DNA of 64,000 bases from an uncultured beta proteobacterium (lineage in GTDB: Bacteria > Pseudomonadota > Gammaproteobacteria > Burkholderiales > SG8-39), in assembly GCA_963832685.1 (NCBI GenBank), contig CAWHUZ010000001.1, positions 291,051-355,050 of the forward strand. Direction: 5' to 3'. This document shows positions 1-12,717 of this stretch, one piece after another (the stretch's first letter is position 1; each line of letters begins with the position of its first letter). A model generated the notes under the pieces. That model saw nothing but the letters and a program-made list of their open reading frames with translations. It was not told where the DNA came from and did no database searches. The translations under genes and the position numbers were made by a program.

Positions 1-1403
1 TCGAGTTCACCTCGCGCCTGATCGAGAAGAAGCTTTCGGACTTCGGCGTCTCGGTCAAGGTCCTGGCGGCGTATCCCGGACCGGTGATCACCCGCTACGA
101 GGTCGAGCCCGCGGTCGGGGTCAAGGGCAGCCAGATCGTCAACCTGGTCAAGGACCTCGCGCGCGCGCTGTCGGTGGTGTCGATCCGCGTGGTCGAGACG
201 ATCCCGGGCAAATCGTGCATGGGGCTCGAGATCCCGAACCCGCACCGCCAGACGGTGCGCCTGTCGGAGATTCTCGGCTCGGAGGTCTACCACGGCACGC
301 ACTCGCCGCTCACGATCGCGCTCGGCAAGGACATCGCCGGCAACCCGGTGGTCGCCGACCTGACCAAGATGCCGCACCTGCTGGTGGCCGGCACGACGGG
401 CTCGGGCAAATCGGTCGCGCTGAACGCGATGATCCTCTCGCTGCTGTACAAGTCCGAGCCGCGCAGCGTGCGCCTGATCCTGGTCGACCCGAAGATGCTC
501 GAGCTGTCGGTCTACCAGGACATCCCGCACCTTCTCGCGCCGGTGGTGACGGATATGAAACAGGCGGCGAACGCGCTCAGCTGGTGCGTGGCCGAAATGG
601 ACCGGCGCTACAAGCTGATGTCCTGGGTCGGGGTGAGGAACCTCTCCGGCTACAACCACAAGATCGCGGACGCGGAAAAGGCGGGCAAGCCGATCGAGGA
701 CCCGGCGACGCTCGAGTCCGGCTCGCCGCAGCCGCTCAAGCCTTTGCCTCACATCGTGGTGGTGATCGACGAGCTCGCCGACCTGATGATGGTGGTGGGC
801 AAGAAGGTCGAGGAACTGATCGCGCGCCTGGCGCAGAAGGCGCGCGCGGCGGGCATCCATCTCATCCTCGCCACCCAGCGGCCGTCGGTGGACGTGATCA
901 CCGGCCTGATCAAGGCGAACATCCCGACCCGGATCGCGTTCCAGGTCGCGAGCCGGGTCGATTCGCGCACCATCCTCGACCAGTCGGGCGCCGAGTCGCT
1001 GCTCGGCGCGGGCGACATGCTCTTCATGCCGCTCGGAACCGGCCTGCCGCAGCGCGTGCACGGCGCCTTCGTCGCCGACCACGAGGTGCACAAGGTGGTC
1101 GAGTACCTCAAGGGCCTCGCGCTGCCCGAGTACCTCCAGGACGTGCTCGAGCCGCAGGAAGGACCGGAGCCGGGCGCCGGCGGCGGCGAGCCGGGCACGG
1201 GGGAAAAGGACCCGCTCTACGATCAAGCCTACGAAATCGTCGTGCGCACCCGCCGGCCGTCGATCTCGCTGGTGCAGCGCCACCTGCGCATCGGCTACAA
1301 CCGCGCCGCGCGCCTGATCGAGGAAATGGAGCGCGCCGGCGTGGTTTCATCGATGCAGTCGAACGGCAATCGCGAAGTGCTGGTGCCGGCAAAGGCCGAG
1401 TAG
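1..1403 (+). CDS. ftsK: DNA translocase FtsK (5'-truncated by window)
   Basis: Walker [35 protein letters not shown], gamma domain [16 protein letters not shown]; ftsK-lolA-rarA-serS synteny. Confidence 0.98.
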   Translation, partial: EFTSRLIEKKLSDFGVSVKVLAAYPGPVITRYEVEPAVGVKGSQIVNLVKDLARALSVVSIRVVETIPGKSCMGLEIPNPHRQTVRLSEILGSEVYHGTHSPLTIALGKDIAGNPVVADLTKMPHLLVAGTTGSGKSVALNAMILSLLYKSEPRSVRLILVDPKMLELSVYQDIPHLLAPVVTDMKQAANALSWCVAEMDRRYKLMSWVGVRNLSGYNHKIADAEKAGKPIEDPATLESGSPQPLKPLPHIVVVIDELADLMMVVGKKVEELIARLAQKARAAGIHLILATQRPSVDVITGLIKANIPTRIAFQVASRVDSRTILDQSGAESLLGAGDMLFMPLGTGLPQRVHGAFVADHEVHKVVEYLKGLALPEYLQDVLEPQEGPEPGAGGGEPGTGEKDPLYDQAYEIVVRTRRPSISLVQRHLRIGYNRAARLIEEMERAGVVSSMQSNGNREVLVPAKAE

Positions 1404-2027
1404 ATGCGCACCTGGCTGCGGGCGGCGGCTGCCGCGACACTCGCGCTGTCGGCGCCGCTGGCGCACGCCACGGCGCTCGAGCGCTTCGAGGCCTTCCTGC
1501 ACGAGACGGCTACCGCGCGGGCCGAGTTCGAGCAGCGGGTGTTCGATCGCGACGGGAAGCTGGTGCAGCGCTCGAGCGGCCACTTCGAGTTCCGGCGTCC
1601 AGGCCTTTTCCGCTGGACCTACGCCGAGCCGACGCCGCAGCTGATCGTGGGCGACGGCAAGGACGTGTGGATCTACGACCGCGACCTCGACCAGGTCACG
1701 GTGCGGCGCATGGCGAAGGCGCTCGGCTCGACCCCGGCGGCGCTGCTCGCCGGCAGCGCCGAGGTCGAGCGCGCGTTCGAGTTCAGCGAGGCCGGCGAGC
1801 GCGACGGCCTGCAATGGCTCGACGCCAAGCCGCGCGATGCCGACGCGGGCTTCGGCCTCATCCGGCTCGGGCTCGGCCCCAAAGGCGTCGAGGCGATGGA
1901 GTTGAGCGATCACTTCGGACAGACCACGCAGCTGCGCTTCCACGACATTACGCTCAATCCCGCGCTCGATCCCGGGGCGTTTCGCTTCACGCCGCCCAAG
2001 GGCGCCGACGTGCTCGGGGAGCGCTGA
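1404..2027 (+). CDS. lolA: Outer membrane lipoprotein chaperone LolA
   Basis: Signal peptide, RPGLFRW, QLIVGDG..VW.YD..L.QVT, TPAALL, FRFTPPKGADV; synteny. Confidence 0.96.
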   Translation: MRTWLRAAAAATLALSAPLAHATALERFEAFLHETATARAEFEQRVFDRDGKLVQRSSGHFEFRRPGLFRWTYAEPTPQLIVGDGKDVWIYDRDLDQVTVRRMAKALGSTPAALLAGSAEVERAFEFSEAGERDGLQWLDAKPRDADAGFGLIRLGLGPKGVEAMELSDHFGQTTQLRFHDITLNPALDPGAFRFTPPKGADVLGER

Positions 2028-2040
2028 GGCGCCCGCCGCC

Positions 2041-4604
<2,564 letters not shown>

Positions 4605-4703
4605 TAGATTTCGAACTTGGCGTCGAGCCGGTCGCCAGAGTTGCGAAACCGGTGCGCCGCAGGCTCGGCTTCGGGGCTTAGCCTGCAGGGCATCCGGTGC
4701 TTG

Positions 4704-5975
4704 TTACGGGGCTGGCTGTGTCACCGTTGTCTGATCGAGATTGACCGCAGTCTGCGACAGCAGTCGGCTATTCATCGTCGCCTGGTTGCCGACATTGATG
4801 GCGCAGATCGAACCGCACAGGATAACGCCTTCGAAGTGCGCGGGCGCCGCTCCTACGTTCACAGACGCGCCGGCGACCTGCCAGAAGACGTTCTTGGGCA
4901 GCGCGCCGCCGGTCAGTTGCACGCTCGCAGTGGCGGCCGTCGTGAGCGTTCCCGTAATCTGGAAGATCCAGACATCAGTCGGACTACCCGAAAGAGTGAG
5001 AATCTGGCCAGCTCCCAGACTTACCGGTGTGCCCCAAGTGTAGACGCCAGGGGCCAGGGTTTGAGTGGTAAGCGTCCCGGCTCCGAGATTCAAGAACGGT
5101 GGACCAGCTGCTGCTGTTCGCCCAGCGGCGTCGTTGTACGCTAGGCCCATGTCGAGTGAGGCCGTGTTCACGCGAGTGGGGGTTGTCGCCGGAGGCCCGA
5201 TATAGTCCTTCGCAAATATCTGTCCGGTGACCTGAGGGGATGTCGAAAATGTATTCGACGCATCTACTGACAGTCCCCAGAGGGTGATGGCGGTCGAGGT
5301 GACGCCTGGGCCGACTCCCATGTCTCCCGTAATACACGGCGTAAGACATGCGGTCGCATTGGCGATCCCCGTGTTAGCGAAAACCGCATAGTCGCCGGCT
5401 GTTCCTAGATTCACCGGCGCCTGACCGGTTGTCGCAACGGCGGCCGTCTTAAAGCTCCACGCAACGGGATTTGCCATCGCCGTGCCGCCGGTGTTCTTGG
5501 CCGCGGTCGTTACGGTGGCGGTGTAGTCGGTATTCGGGGTGAGGGCAGCCGCTGTCGGTGTAAAGGTCGCCGCCGTGTGTGCGGTGTTCATGGCGACGGT
5601 GCCGGGCACGTTGGTGCCGCTCGCGGTTTCTTTGAGCGTGAACGTGAGCAGCGTTCCGGCCGGCGACGAGTTGATCGTTGCCGGATCCATCGCCTCAGTG
5701 AAGGTTGCGGTCGCGAGCGTGCCGGTCACAACGTTGCCGACGCCGTTCCAGCTATTGGTGCTGGTCGGCACGTTTGTGGCGCTGTTGCTCGGGCTCGCGG
5801 TACCCACAGTGGGATCGGTGGCCGAAGCGCCTGGGGTGCCGGCGGCGCCCGGGAGCACTGCAGCGCCCGTGTTCGAGCCTCCGCTTCCGCCTCCGCCGCA
5901 TCCAGCCATAAACGCGGTGAGCAGCAATGCCATGAACCACGTCAGTGGTTTGGAAAATCGTCCGAGGGTTTTCAT
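4704..5975 (-). CDS. Lipoprotein with Ig-like (Big_5-type) domain and C-terminal DUF3494 ice-binding-like domain
   Basis: Lipobox MAGC; ATFTEAMDPATI...ATFTPT..L.PNTDYTATVTTAAK; DUF3494 motifs TLAPGVYTW, VWIFQI, PKNVFWQV; RBS CAGGAG. Confidence 0.85.
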   Translation of the reverse strand: MKTLGRFSKPLTWFMALLLTAFMAGCGGGGSGGSNTGAAVLPGAAGTPGASATDPTVGTASPSNSATNVPTSTNSWNGVGNVVTGTLATATFTEAMDPATINSSPAGTLLTFTLKETASGTNVPGTVAMNTAHTAATFTPTAAALTPNTDYTATVTTAAKNTGGTAMANPVAWSFKTAAVATTGQAPVNLGTAGDYAVFANTGIANATACLTPCITGDMGVGPGVTSTAITLWGLSVDASNTFSTSPQVTGQIFAKDYIGPPATTPTRVNTASLDMGLAYNDAAGRTAAAGPPFLNLGAGTLTTQTLAPGVYTWGTPVSLGAGQILTLSGSPTDVWIFQITGTLTTAATASVQLTGGALPKNVFWQVAGASVNVGAAPAHFEGVILCGSICAINVGNQATMNSRLLSQTAVNLDQTTVTQPAP

Positions 5976-6069
5976 TTGTTGCTCCTGATCACGGGCCCCT
6001 GCGTGCCATACGAGGCGTTGGCGCCGAGTACCACTGATGAGCACTATCCGCTTTCGTTGCCGGGAGGTC

Positions 6070-6085
6070 AGTTCGTTTGCGTACA
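6070..6085. promoter_or_regulatory. Island palindromic box AGTTCG-TTTG-CGTACA
   Basis: Matches TGTRCG-N4-CGYACA; GATAGT hexamer (minus, 6048-6043) towards DUF3494 gene. Confidence 0.65.
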
Positions 6086-6092
6086 TAACCCG

Positions 6093-6125
6093 AAAAGAAG
6101 AAGGCCGTCTCGCGACGGCCTTCTT
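6093..6125 (-). terminator. Intrinsic terminator
   Basis: Perfect 12-bp stem AAGAAGGCCGTC/GACGGCCTTCTT with TCGC loop, then CTTTT on minus strand. Confidence 0.75.
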
Positions 6126-6231
6126 GTCCTGCTCTTGCGCCGAAGGAATCTTTGCCTACGGCGCGGGCACTGCAATGGTGGAATCGATCTCTACCGTTTC
6201 CCTCGCAGTACCGGATCTCTCGTTAGCAGGC

Positions 6232-7161
6232 CTACTTGTAGCCGCCCTTGCGGCCAGGATCGCCAGGCTTGCCGCCGTGCTCATCGTTCGACCAGAACGG
6301 ATAGCGACCATGGTCCGACTTGCCCGGATCGCAGTCCTCGCGGCCGTTGCCGACGCCCTGGTTGCATTTCTTGTGGTATTTCTTGTGGTGTTTGTCGTAC
6401 CCATGGTCCTTCTCGGGCTTGCAGTCCGGGGAGCCCCCGATCGCCGGCAGCGCGCCGCAACCAATGGCGCTGGGGCCAGTCAGCGATACGGCGATCTTCG
6501 CCAAGGCTCGACCGATCAGGCTGCCACCGGTCGTGGTAATGGAGCCGTCCGTGGGGTTACCCGCGAGAATGGTTCCTTTGAACACCGAGGTCGTCATGGT
6601 CACGGCGTGGATCGGTGCCCAGAACACATTGCACGGCTGCCCGCCGCCGGTCATCACCACCGAGAAGTTGGTGCCTGTGAGGGCGCCGTCCGCCGTCCCG
6701 ACAGTCTTGAAAATCCAGATCCCGGTCGAGGGCCCTGCGAGCGTCAGCGTGCCGGTCTTGGCTACGTCGTCGATACAGTAGGTGCCGGGCGCGAGCGTGA
6801 CGCCGGAGAGGGTGCTGAGGTCTTTCCCCGAGGTGGTCCCGGTGTTGGCGTCGGTGAGGGGGGTGCAGTCCCCATTCCGAATGTTGTTGTAGGCCGTCGT
6901 TAAGGCAGCCTGCGCCAGAACAGCGGCGCTGTCGGTCGCCGGGGGCACTGCGCCCTCAAACGTGCAGGCGCCAGGTGTGAAGGTGGTGGCACCCACGTCT
7001 CCGATGACCGAGCCGGGGCCGACACAGGTCACGGTGGTACCCAGGAGCGTGAAACCCGATGCCGCGCCCAGCGTCACCTGGGCCGATGCCGGGACGGCGG
7101 CGACGAGCAGCGCGGCCGTCGCAAACAGACCGGTATAAAGGTGCTTCCGAAGGTCATTCAT
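6232..7161 (-). CDS. Secreted DUF3494 ice-binding-like protein with charged C-terminal tail
   Basis: Signal peptide (ASA-Q), TLAPGTYC, IWIFK, CNVFW, FKGTILA, GRALA; tail CNQGVGNGREDCDPGKS. Confidence 0.82.
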   Translation of the reverse strand: MNDLRKHLYTGLFATAALLVAAVPASAQVTLGAASGFTLLGTTVTCVGPGSVIGDVGATTFTPGACTFEGAVPPATDSAAVLAQAALTTAYNNIRNGDCTPLTDANTGTTSGKDLSTLSGVTLAPGTYCIDDVAKTGTLTLAGPSTGIWIFKTVGTADGALTGTNFSVVMTGGGQPCNVFWAPIHAVTMTTSVFKGTILAGNPTDGSITTTGGSLIGRALAKIAVSLTGPSAIGCGALPAIGGSPDCKPEKDHGYDKHHKKYHKKCNQGVGNGREDCDPGKSDHGRYPFWSNDEHGGKPGDPGRKGGYK

Positions 7162-7230
7162 GATGGGTCTCCTGTCGCGGGTTATTCCGGGGTGACAGGT
7201 TCCCTTCTATTCTTTGCGTCCGGGGCGGAC

Positions 7231-7246
7231 AGTGCGCTGGCGTACA
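7231..7246. promoter_or_regulatory. Island palindromic box AGTGCG-CTGG-CGTACA
   Basis: Near-consensus box; TAGAAG (minus, 7209-7204) towards DUF3494 gene. Confidence 0.75.
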
Positions 7247-7292
7247 TAAGGTCAATTTTTCTTCGCAGCCGACGCAGATTGCGGAACGGCTA

Positions 7293-8033
7293 TCAGTTGA
7301 GCTGCAGCTCGAAGCGCCCTGCGCCGCGCTCGACCGCGATCAGGCGCAGGAACGGCGCCAGCCGTTGCCGGAATTCGGGCGGCACCTGGGCGGTGGCGTG
7401 GAACGCGGGCTGGTGGCCGCTGAGCCACGAGCCCTGGCCGTCGAGCTGCAGCGGCCCCTTTAACGTAAGCAGGGTGATGCGCACCGTCGCGCCTTCGCCC
7501 TCGAGGCGCAATTCGTAGTCGCCGAGCGGCGAAACGGGCGTGAGCGTCGAGCCGGCGGCGCGCCATCGCAACGTGGCGCTGCCGCGTGCGGTGCGGCGCC
7601 CGATGGAAAGGCTCGATATGCCGAGCTGCATATCTCCCGTCAGCTCGAGCGGCGCGAGCTTGGGCAGGCCCAGGCCCAGCGCCGCGGCCGGCAGGTTGAT
7701 CTCGGCCTTTGCGATTTCGATTCGCGACCATGAAATGGTCAGCGCAAAGGGCCGCGGCGCCGGGTCGAGCTCGACCTCGTAACCGATTCGCGCCAGCAGC
7801 AGCATTCCCGGGCGAAAACGCCAGGCGATGCGCCGCGCGGCTCCGCTGCGGCCGCGCGCATCGCGCATCTCGAGCTGTCCGGTGCCCGACCAGAGCGATC
7901 CGCGCGCCTCGGCAAGCCGTAGCCGCCCTTCGCTCGCGCGCTGCAGCCCCGCGTCGAGCATGGTCGCCGGCGCCGTCGCGACGAGTGCCAGCGCATACAG
8001 CCCGGCCCCGAGCGCGAGCGGCCGCCAGCGCAT
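7293..8033 (-). CDS. gspN: Type II secretion protein N
   Basis: TM then ATAPA, ARGSLWSG, PLGDY, GPLQLDGQG; last gene of gsp operon. Confidence 0.85.
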   Translation of the reverse strand: MRWRPLALGAGLYALALVATAPATMLDAGLQRASEGRLRLAEARGSLWSGTGQLEMRDARGRSGAARRIAWRFRPGMLLLARIGYEVELDPAPRPFALTISWSRIEIAKAEINLPAAALGLGLPKLAPLELTGDMQLGISSLSIGRRTARGSATLRWRAAGSTLTPVSPLGDYELRLEGEGATVRITLLTLKGPLQLDGQGSWLSGHQPAFHATAQVPPEFRQRLAPFLRLIAVERGAGRFELQLN

Positions 8034-8035
8034 GG

Positions 8036-8524
8036 CTAGGCCCCGGCGCGCGTCAACGTGGCGCTTACGCTCACCAGGCCGGGCGCGGACAGGGCTTCGA
8101 TCCGGCAGGCGTCGAGACGGACTTGCTGCGTCTGCAGGCTCGCCACCCACGCCAGCCAGTCGGCGAACGGCAGGGCGCCGAACACCACCTTCACCTGGTC
8201 GACGTCCGTCGCATCGATGCGCACCAGGGCGCGCGTGAGCCCGGCGCCGTCGATCTGGTCCTGCACCAGGGCGCGCAGGTCAGTCGGCGAGACCGTCGCC
8301 GCCGGCGCCGCGCGCAGACGATCGTACTCGAGCGCCTGGCGCTCGAGGCGCGCGGCCTGGGCCCGCAGCGTCGCGACGCTGGTGCGCAGATGCGCGCGCG
8401 CCTGCCCGGCGGACTGAACCAGCCACAGATACAGGACGGCCGCCACGATTGCCGCCAGCACGGCGATGATCGCCCGCTCCCGCGGCGCGCGCGACTGCCA
8501 AGCCTTGCGCAGCTGCGCTCTCAT
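8036..8524 (-). CDS. gspM: Type II secretion protein M
   Basis: W..RAPRER, single TM, PFADWLAW; position. Confidence 0.85.
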   Translation of the reverse strand: MRAQLRKAWQSRAPRERAIIAVLAAIVAAVLYLWLVQSAGQARAHLRTSVATLRAQAARLERQALEYDRLRAAPAATVSPTDLRALVQDQIDGAGLTRALVRIDATDVDQVKVVFGALPFADWLAWVASLQTQQVRLDACRIEALSAPGLVSVSATLTRAGA

Positions 8525-9745
8525 GGCGCGCGCACGGTCAGGACAAGGGTTGCGCTGGCGGCGCGCGCCGCGGTCGAGGAGCGGGCCGGGGCGGCCTCGA
8601 CGCTCAGGCCGGACTCGAGCAGGCGTGCCACGACGCCGTGCCCGTGCGCTTCATCGACGCCGGAAATCTCAAGCGTCATGCGCCCGCCTTCGTAGGACAG
8701 CGCGCGCATCGCGCCGGCCGGAAGCTCCTTCGCCGCCGCCGCCACTTGCGCGATCATCGGCAGGAAATCGCCGCCGTCGGTTTTGCCGGCGGCATGGCGC
8801 GCCTCGGCCAGCTTGCGGCGCATCTGCAGCGCAGGATCCACCACCGCGGTCGCATCGGGGAAAGTGGCGCGAAACCGCGCCACCATTTCATGGCGCAATG
8901 CGCGCTGCTCGCGGGCGAGCAGGGTCCAGTCCGCGACCAGCGCAAGCGCCTGGATCGCGAGCGCAGCGGCCACGATCCAGCCCGCCGGACGCAGGCGCGC
9001 CAGCGTGCCCGGCGCGATGCGCCAGCGCCGGCGCCGCTGCGCCAGGCTGACGCCGGCGCCGGGCGGCGCCGTGCGCCAGTCCCAGGCTGCGGCGAGGCGC
9101 ACCGCAACACCGAGCTCGCGCGACCATGCCTCGAGATCGGGCGCGGCCTCGGGCACCGTCTCATGCAGCGCGATCGCGGTGGGTGCCTCGCTTCGCGCCC
9201 GCGCTTCATCGAGCATCAGGCGCAGCGACAGCGGCGGCGATGCCCGATCGCCGCAATCGGTGGCTCCGCCTTCGAGCCTGCCGCTGCGCACGAATGCCCT
9301 CGCGGCCGTCCCAGGCCAGGCTCCATTGCCCTTCGGTCCAGGGCAACAACAGGGCCTCGCAGTGAACTTCCGGGGCGCTGATTCCCGCCCCGTCGAGCGC
9401 GTCGAGCCAGCGCCCGAGGCCTTGTTTGTCCACCACCGCGAGCACGTCATCGTCGCCGGCGGAGCCGAGCCAGCTCACCTGGCCGGCGTCCGGCTCGCCC
9501 ACGGTCTCGTCCTCGAGCGCATAGGCGAGCACCGACCCGGCGTGGCGCCGGGCCGCGTGCGGCAGGCGCGCGCGCCTGATCAGCACCTGCGCCGCGGGAA
9601 CGACCAGCTGCACGCGCTCGGCGCGGCGCGGCAATTGCGCCAGCGCCCCTGCCCCGGCGACCGGCTCGCGGCCGTCGTTGACCAGCGCCCACTGGCAGCG
9701 CAGCGGCGCGTCGGCAAGCGAAGCGCGGATGCGCAGCAGGCTCAT
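8521..9745 (-). CDS. gspL: Type II secretion protein L (one frameshift near 9296)
   Basis: N-part (LAYALEDE) in ORF 9206..10426 frame, C-part (FPDATAVVDPALQM) in ORF 8521..9450 frame. Confidence 0.82.
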
Positions 9746-10656
9746 GGCAACTTGCGCCACACGATGGCGGGCCAGTTGACGGTATCGCGCGCGAGCAGCG
9801 CCGTTCCGCTCGCTTGCGCTCCGCCGAGAGTGACGCGCATCGTCGCCATGAAGTAATTGCTGCCGACCGAGATGTTTTCGGTCGGCACGATGAGTCCGGC
9901 GGGAAGCTGGAAGAAGAAGTCCGAGAAGCTGCGGAAATAGGCGCGCTCGCGCTGCGCGACCAGGGCGCGGGCGGCGTCGAGGCTGAGGCCGTCGATCACG
10001 GCGGCAAGGACCTCGGCCGGCGCGGTGTTCGCGTTGACGGGCGTAAAGCGCGGCAGCGCCGTGACGAACGGGCGCAGGCGCGCGCGCACCTTGTCGTCGA
10101 AGCCGCGCACCAGCGCGAGCTCGGCGACGTCGGTCAGGGGCCGGTTGGCCGGCAGGTAGGGCGGCTGCAGCGAGAGGTAGTAGGCGTCTTCGGCGCCGTC
10201 CCGGGGCTGCGGTTCGCTGTCGGCGTCGATCCAGTCGGCGAGCGCGCCGGCGAGCGAGGGCGGCAGGGCAAGAATCGACAGCAGGCGCCGGAAGTGCTCG
10301 AGCTGCGCGTTGTTGATCTTGCCGTACCGCAACAGGTTGTTGAGATTGAACTTGCCCTGCTCGTCGTCGATGCGGCCGGTGAGGCTGCCGTTGTCGACCG
10401 GAACCGGCGGCAGCCGCATCGCCCATGGCTCACCCGGATAATCGACGTTGCTGGTGCGGCGATCGTCGCTCAGCACGGCGCGCGCCCAGTCCAGCCCGGC
10501 CTCGATCAGCAGCTGCGCCTGGACACGGTCGGCGCTCAGCTCGACCTGTCTCGCCCAGGTGCTTTGCGACACCATGATCGCCGTCGCCGCCAGGGCGGCG
10601 AGCGCGACCACACCCATGGCGAGCACGATGGCGACTCCGCGTTGGCGCGCCGTCAT
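9742..10656 (-). CDS. gspK: Minor pseudopilin GspK
   Basis: QRG-VAIV prepilin site, DEQGKFNLNNL, DWIDAD, GAEDAYY, VNANTAP. Confidence 0.92.
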   Translation of the reverse strand: MTARQRGVAIVLAMGVVALAALAATAIMVSQSTWARQVELSADRVQAQLLIEAGLDWARAVLSDDRRTSNVDYPGEPWAMRLPPVPVDNGSLTGRIDDEQGKFNLNNLLRYGKINNAQLEHFRRLLSILALPPSLAGALADWIDADSEPQPRDGAEDAYYLSLQPPYLPANRPLTDVAELALVRGFDDKVRARLRPFVTALPRFTPVNANTAPAEVLAAVIDGLSLDAARALVAQRERAYFRSFSDFFFQLPAGLIVPTENISVGSNYFMATMRVTLGGAQASGTALLARDTVNWPAIVWRKLP

Positions 10657-11249
10657 GAGTCGAGCGCGAACACGCGCACGATTTCCTCGCCGCTGGCGAG
10701 CATGATGCGCAGCCGCACGGCGCGCGGAATGGCGGCGTCGCGCGGCGATGTCGGCCAGGCGCTCGTCCACACAAGAGCGGCATCGAGGTAGTCGATTTCG
10801 AACGCCGTCACGCCGCTCAGCACGGGGTAGCGCGCGGGCAGCGCGCCGGGCGCCGCGTCGAGAGCCGGCCACAGCCACAGCTCGATCTGCTGCTTGCCGT
10901 TCAGCGCGTACGCGATGCGCCGCGGCGTGTCGATGCCCTCGGCCGAGGCGAAGCGGCTGAACTCGAGGCGCGGCCCGGGCGTCGTCGGCCGGCCGTGCCG
11001 AGCCACGCCGGCGCGCTGCCGGACGCAGTGCGTACCGGACGCGGCGCCGCCAGCTCCACGTCCTGCTCGAAGCGCGCGCAGAAAGCGGCCACGCGCCGCC
11101 ATTTGTCGGTTTCCTGCCCGACGTGCGAGCGTGCGTCGAGCACCGCGCCCAGGCCGCGGTACGACATCAGTGCCAGCAGCGACAGGACAAGCAGCGCGAT
11201 GAGCAGCTCGATCAGGGTGAAGCCGCGCGCGGCGGGGGCGGAATCTCAT
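10653..11249 (-). CDS. gspJ: Minor pseudopilin GspJ (frameshifted)
   Basis: GFTLIELLIAL in an alternate frame, C-term PRAVRLRI...IVRVF. Confidence 0.82.
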   Translation of the reverse strand: MRFRPRRARLHPDRAAHRAACPVAAGTDVVPRPGRGARRTLARRAGNRQMAARGRFLRALRAGRGAGGAASGTHCVRQRAGVARHGRPTTPGPRLEFSRFASAEGIDTPRRIAYALNGKQQIELWLWPALDAAPGALPARYPVLSGVTAFEIDYLDAALVWTSAWPTSPRDAAIPRAVRLRIMLASGEEIVRVFALDS

Positions 11250-11641
11250 TCGCTCGCTCCCGGCGGTTGCACGATGAACCCGGTGAAGTGCGCCAGCGCG
11301 CGCGATTCTTCGGGCGCCGCCTGGACGAAGACATCGATGCGGCGGAACGCGGAATTCGGCGTTGCCACGACCTCCTCGCGCCAGGCGAACTCGATCCCGC
11401 CTTCGCGTTGCTCGCCGCGCTGGATGCCCAGCGGCAGCCAGTCGCCGCGCGCGCGGTGCTCCGCCAGCAGATTTTGCGCGACCCAGCCCGCGAGCAGGTT
11501 CGAGCGCAGCTCGCCGACGTTGTTCGTGCCCTGGCCCGCCGCGCGCAGCGCGGCGAGCAGCGCGATCGAGATGATGGCCAGCGCGACCAGCACCTCGACC
11601 AGCGTGAATCCTGCGCGCCTAGCGCAGCGCCATCCCGACAT
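11246..11641 (-). CDS. gspI: Minor pseudopilin GspI
   Basis: GFTLVEVLVALAI, AGWVAQN, TPNSAFRRIDV. Confidence 0.92.
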   Translation of the reverse strand: MSGWRCARRAGFTLVEVLVALAIISIALLAALRAAGQGTNNVGELRSNLLAGWVAQNLLAEHRARGDWLPLGIQRGEQREGGIEFAWREEVVATPNSAFRRIDVFVQAAPEESRALAHFTGFIVQPPGASE

Positions 11642-12143
11642 TGGCTGTTCCTTCCTGCGGCAAGACGCGGAGCTCTCCCAGCGGAGAGGCCGCGATCGTG
11701 TTGCGCGCATCGCCGAGGGACATTTCGATGTTGAAGGCGGGCGCCAGACCGTAGGGGCTGAACTCCAGGCGCATCGCGCCGCGCACGGGCATGTTCTCGA
11801 TCTGCAGGCCCGAGATCGTCATGCCCCGCGGCAGCGCCCGCGCGCGCAGCAAATCGCTGTCGCGCACCGGCGACCACTCGGCATCGAGGCCCATTTGCCA
11901 GAACCGGTAATCGTGCGCGTCGGCAGTCCAGGCGATCGCGTGCCCCGTGAGGCGCGATTCCGCCGCGGCGAGATCCAGCAGTTGCGCCAGCCGCTCGACC
12001 TCGACCCGCAGCAGCGCGCGATCGTCCGGGCGCACGATGGCGCCGACCAGGCCGACGAACAGGCCCATGATCAGCAGCACGACGAGCACCTCGATCAGCG
12101 TGAAGCCGCGCCGGCTAGAGGTCCCAGGAACCGATATCGGCAT
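11619..12143 (-). CDS. gspH: Minor pseudopilin GspH
   Basis: [18 protein letters not shown]; between gspG and gspI. Confidence 0.88.
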   Translation of the reverse strand: MPISVPGTSSRRGFTLIEVLVVLLIMGLFVGLVGAIVRPDDRALLRVEVERLAQLLDLAAAESRLTGHAIAWTADAHDYRFWQMGLDAEWSPVRDSDLLRARALPRGMTISGLQIENMPVRGAMRLEFSPYGLAPAFNIEMSLGDARNTIAASPLGELRVLPQEGTANVGMALR

Positions 12144-12546
12144 CGTTGCCTTCGCCGCCGGGCGCGCCGTCGGCACCGTAGCTGAAAATGTCGATTTCGC
12201 CGTGCAGCCCCGGATTCAGGTACTGGTACGGGTTGCCCCAGGGGTCCTTCGGCAGGCGGTCGAGATAGCCCCCGGCCTTCCAGTTGGGCGCCACCGGAGC
12301 GGTCGTCGGCCTGGTCACCAGCGCCTGCAATCCCTGCTCGGTCGAGGGGTAGCGTCGGTTGTCCAGGCGGTAGAGTTTGAGCGCCTGCATCACGCTGGCG
12401 ATGTCCTGCTTGGCGGCGATCACGCGCGCCTCGTCGGGGCGGCTGATGATTTTCGGCACCACCAGCGCGGCGAGAATGCCGAGGATCACCACCACCACCA
12501 TCACCTCGAGCAAGGTAAAGCCGCCTTGCCATGACCTCGGTTGCAT
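12115..12546 (-). CDS. gspG: Major pseudopilin GspG
   Basis: [47 protein letters not shown]. Confidence 0.97.
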   Translation of the reverse strand: MQPRSWQGGFTLLEVMVVVVILGILAALVVPKIISRPDEARVIAAKQDIASVMQALKLYRLDNRRYPSTEQGLQALVTRPTTAPVAPNWKAGGYLDRLPKDPWGNPYQYLNPGLHGEIDIFSYGADGAPGGEGNDADIGSWDL

Positions 12547-12636
12547 CTGACCCTCCTTGCGCTCGATCGGTCCGATGGCCGTCTGACGTTGGCTGAATGC
12601 CTATAGGGCCATTATCGTCATCACGCTGCGAGTCTC

Positions 12637-12652
12637 TGTACGCTGGCGTACA
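12637..12652. promoter_or_regulatory. Perfect box TGTACG-CTGG-CGTACA; bidirectional gspG/gspC promoter
   Basis: TAGGAT (plus, 12674-12679) and GATAAT (minus, 12616-12611) flank it almost symmetrically. Confidence 0.8.
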
Positions 12653-12717
12653 TACGCAGCGGCAATCGGGTCCTAGGATGATGGTCATCCTGGAGGTGGG
12701 ATTCGGCTCGACGAAAA

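Noticed and set aside
4605-4703. tRNA-Ser or att site after serS as the island integration point
   Set aside because: No cloverleaf, no integrase or transposase in the window, and no matching direct repeat noticed near 44.4 or 53.1 kb. Mobility is unsupported.
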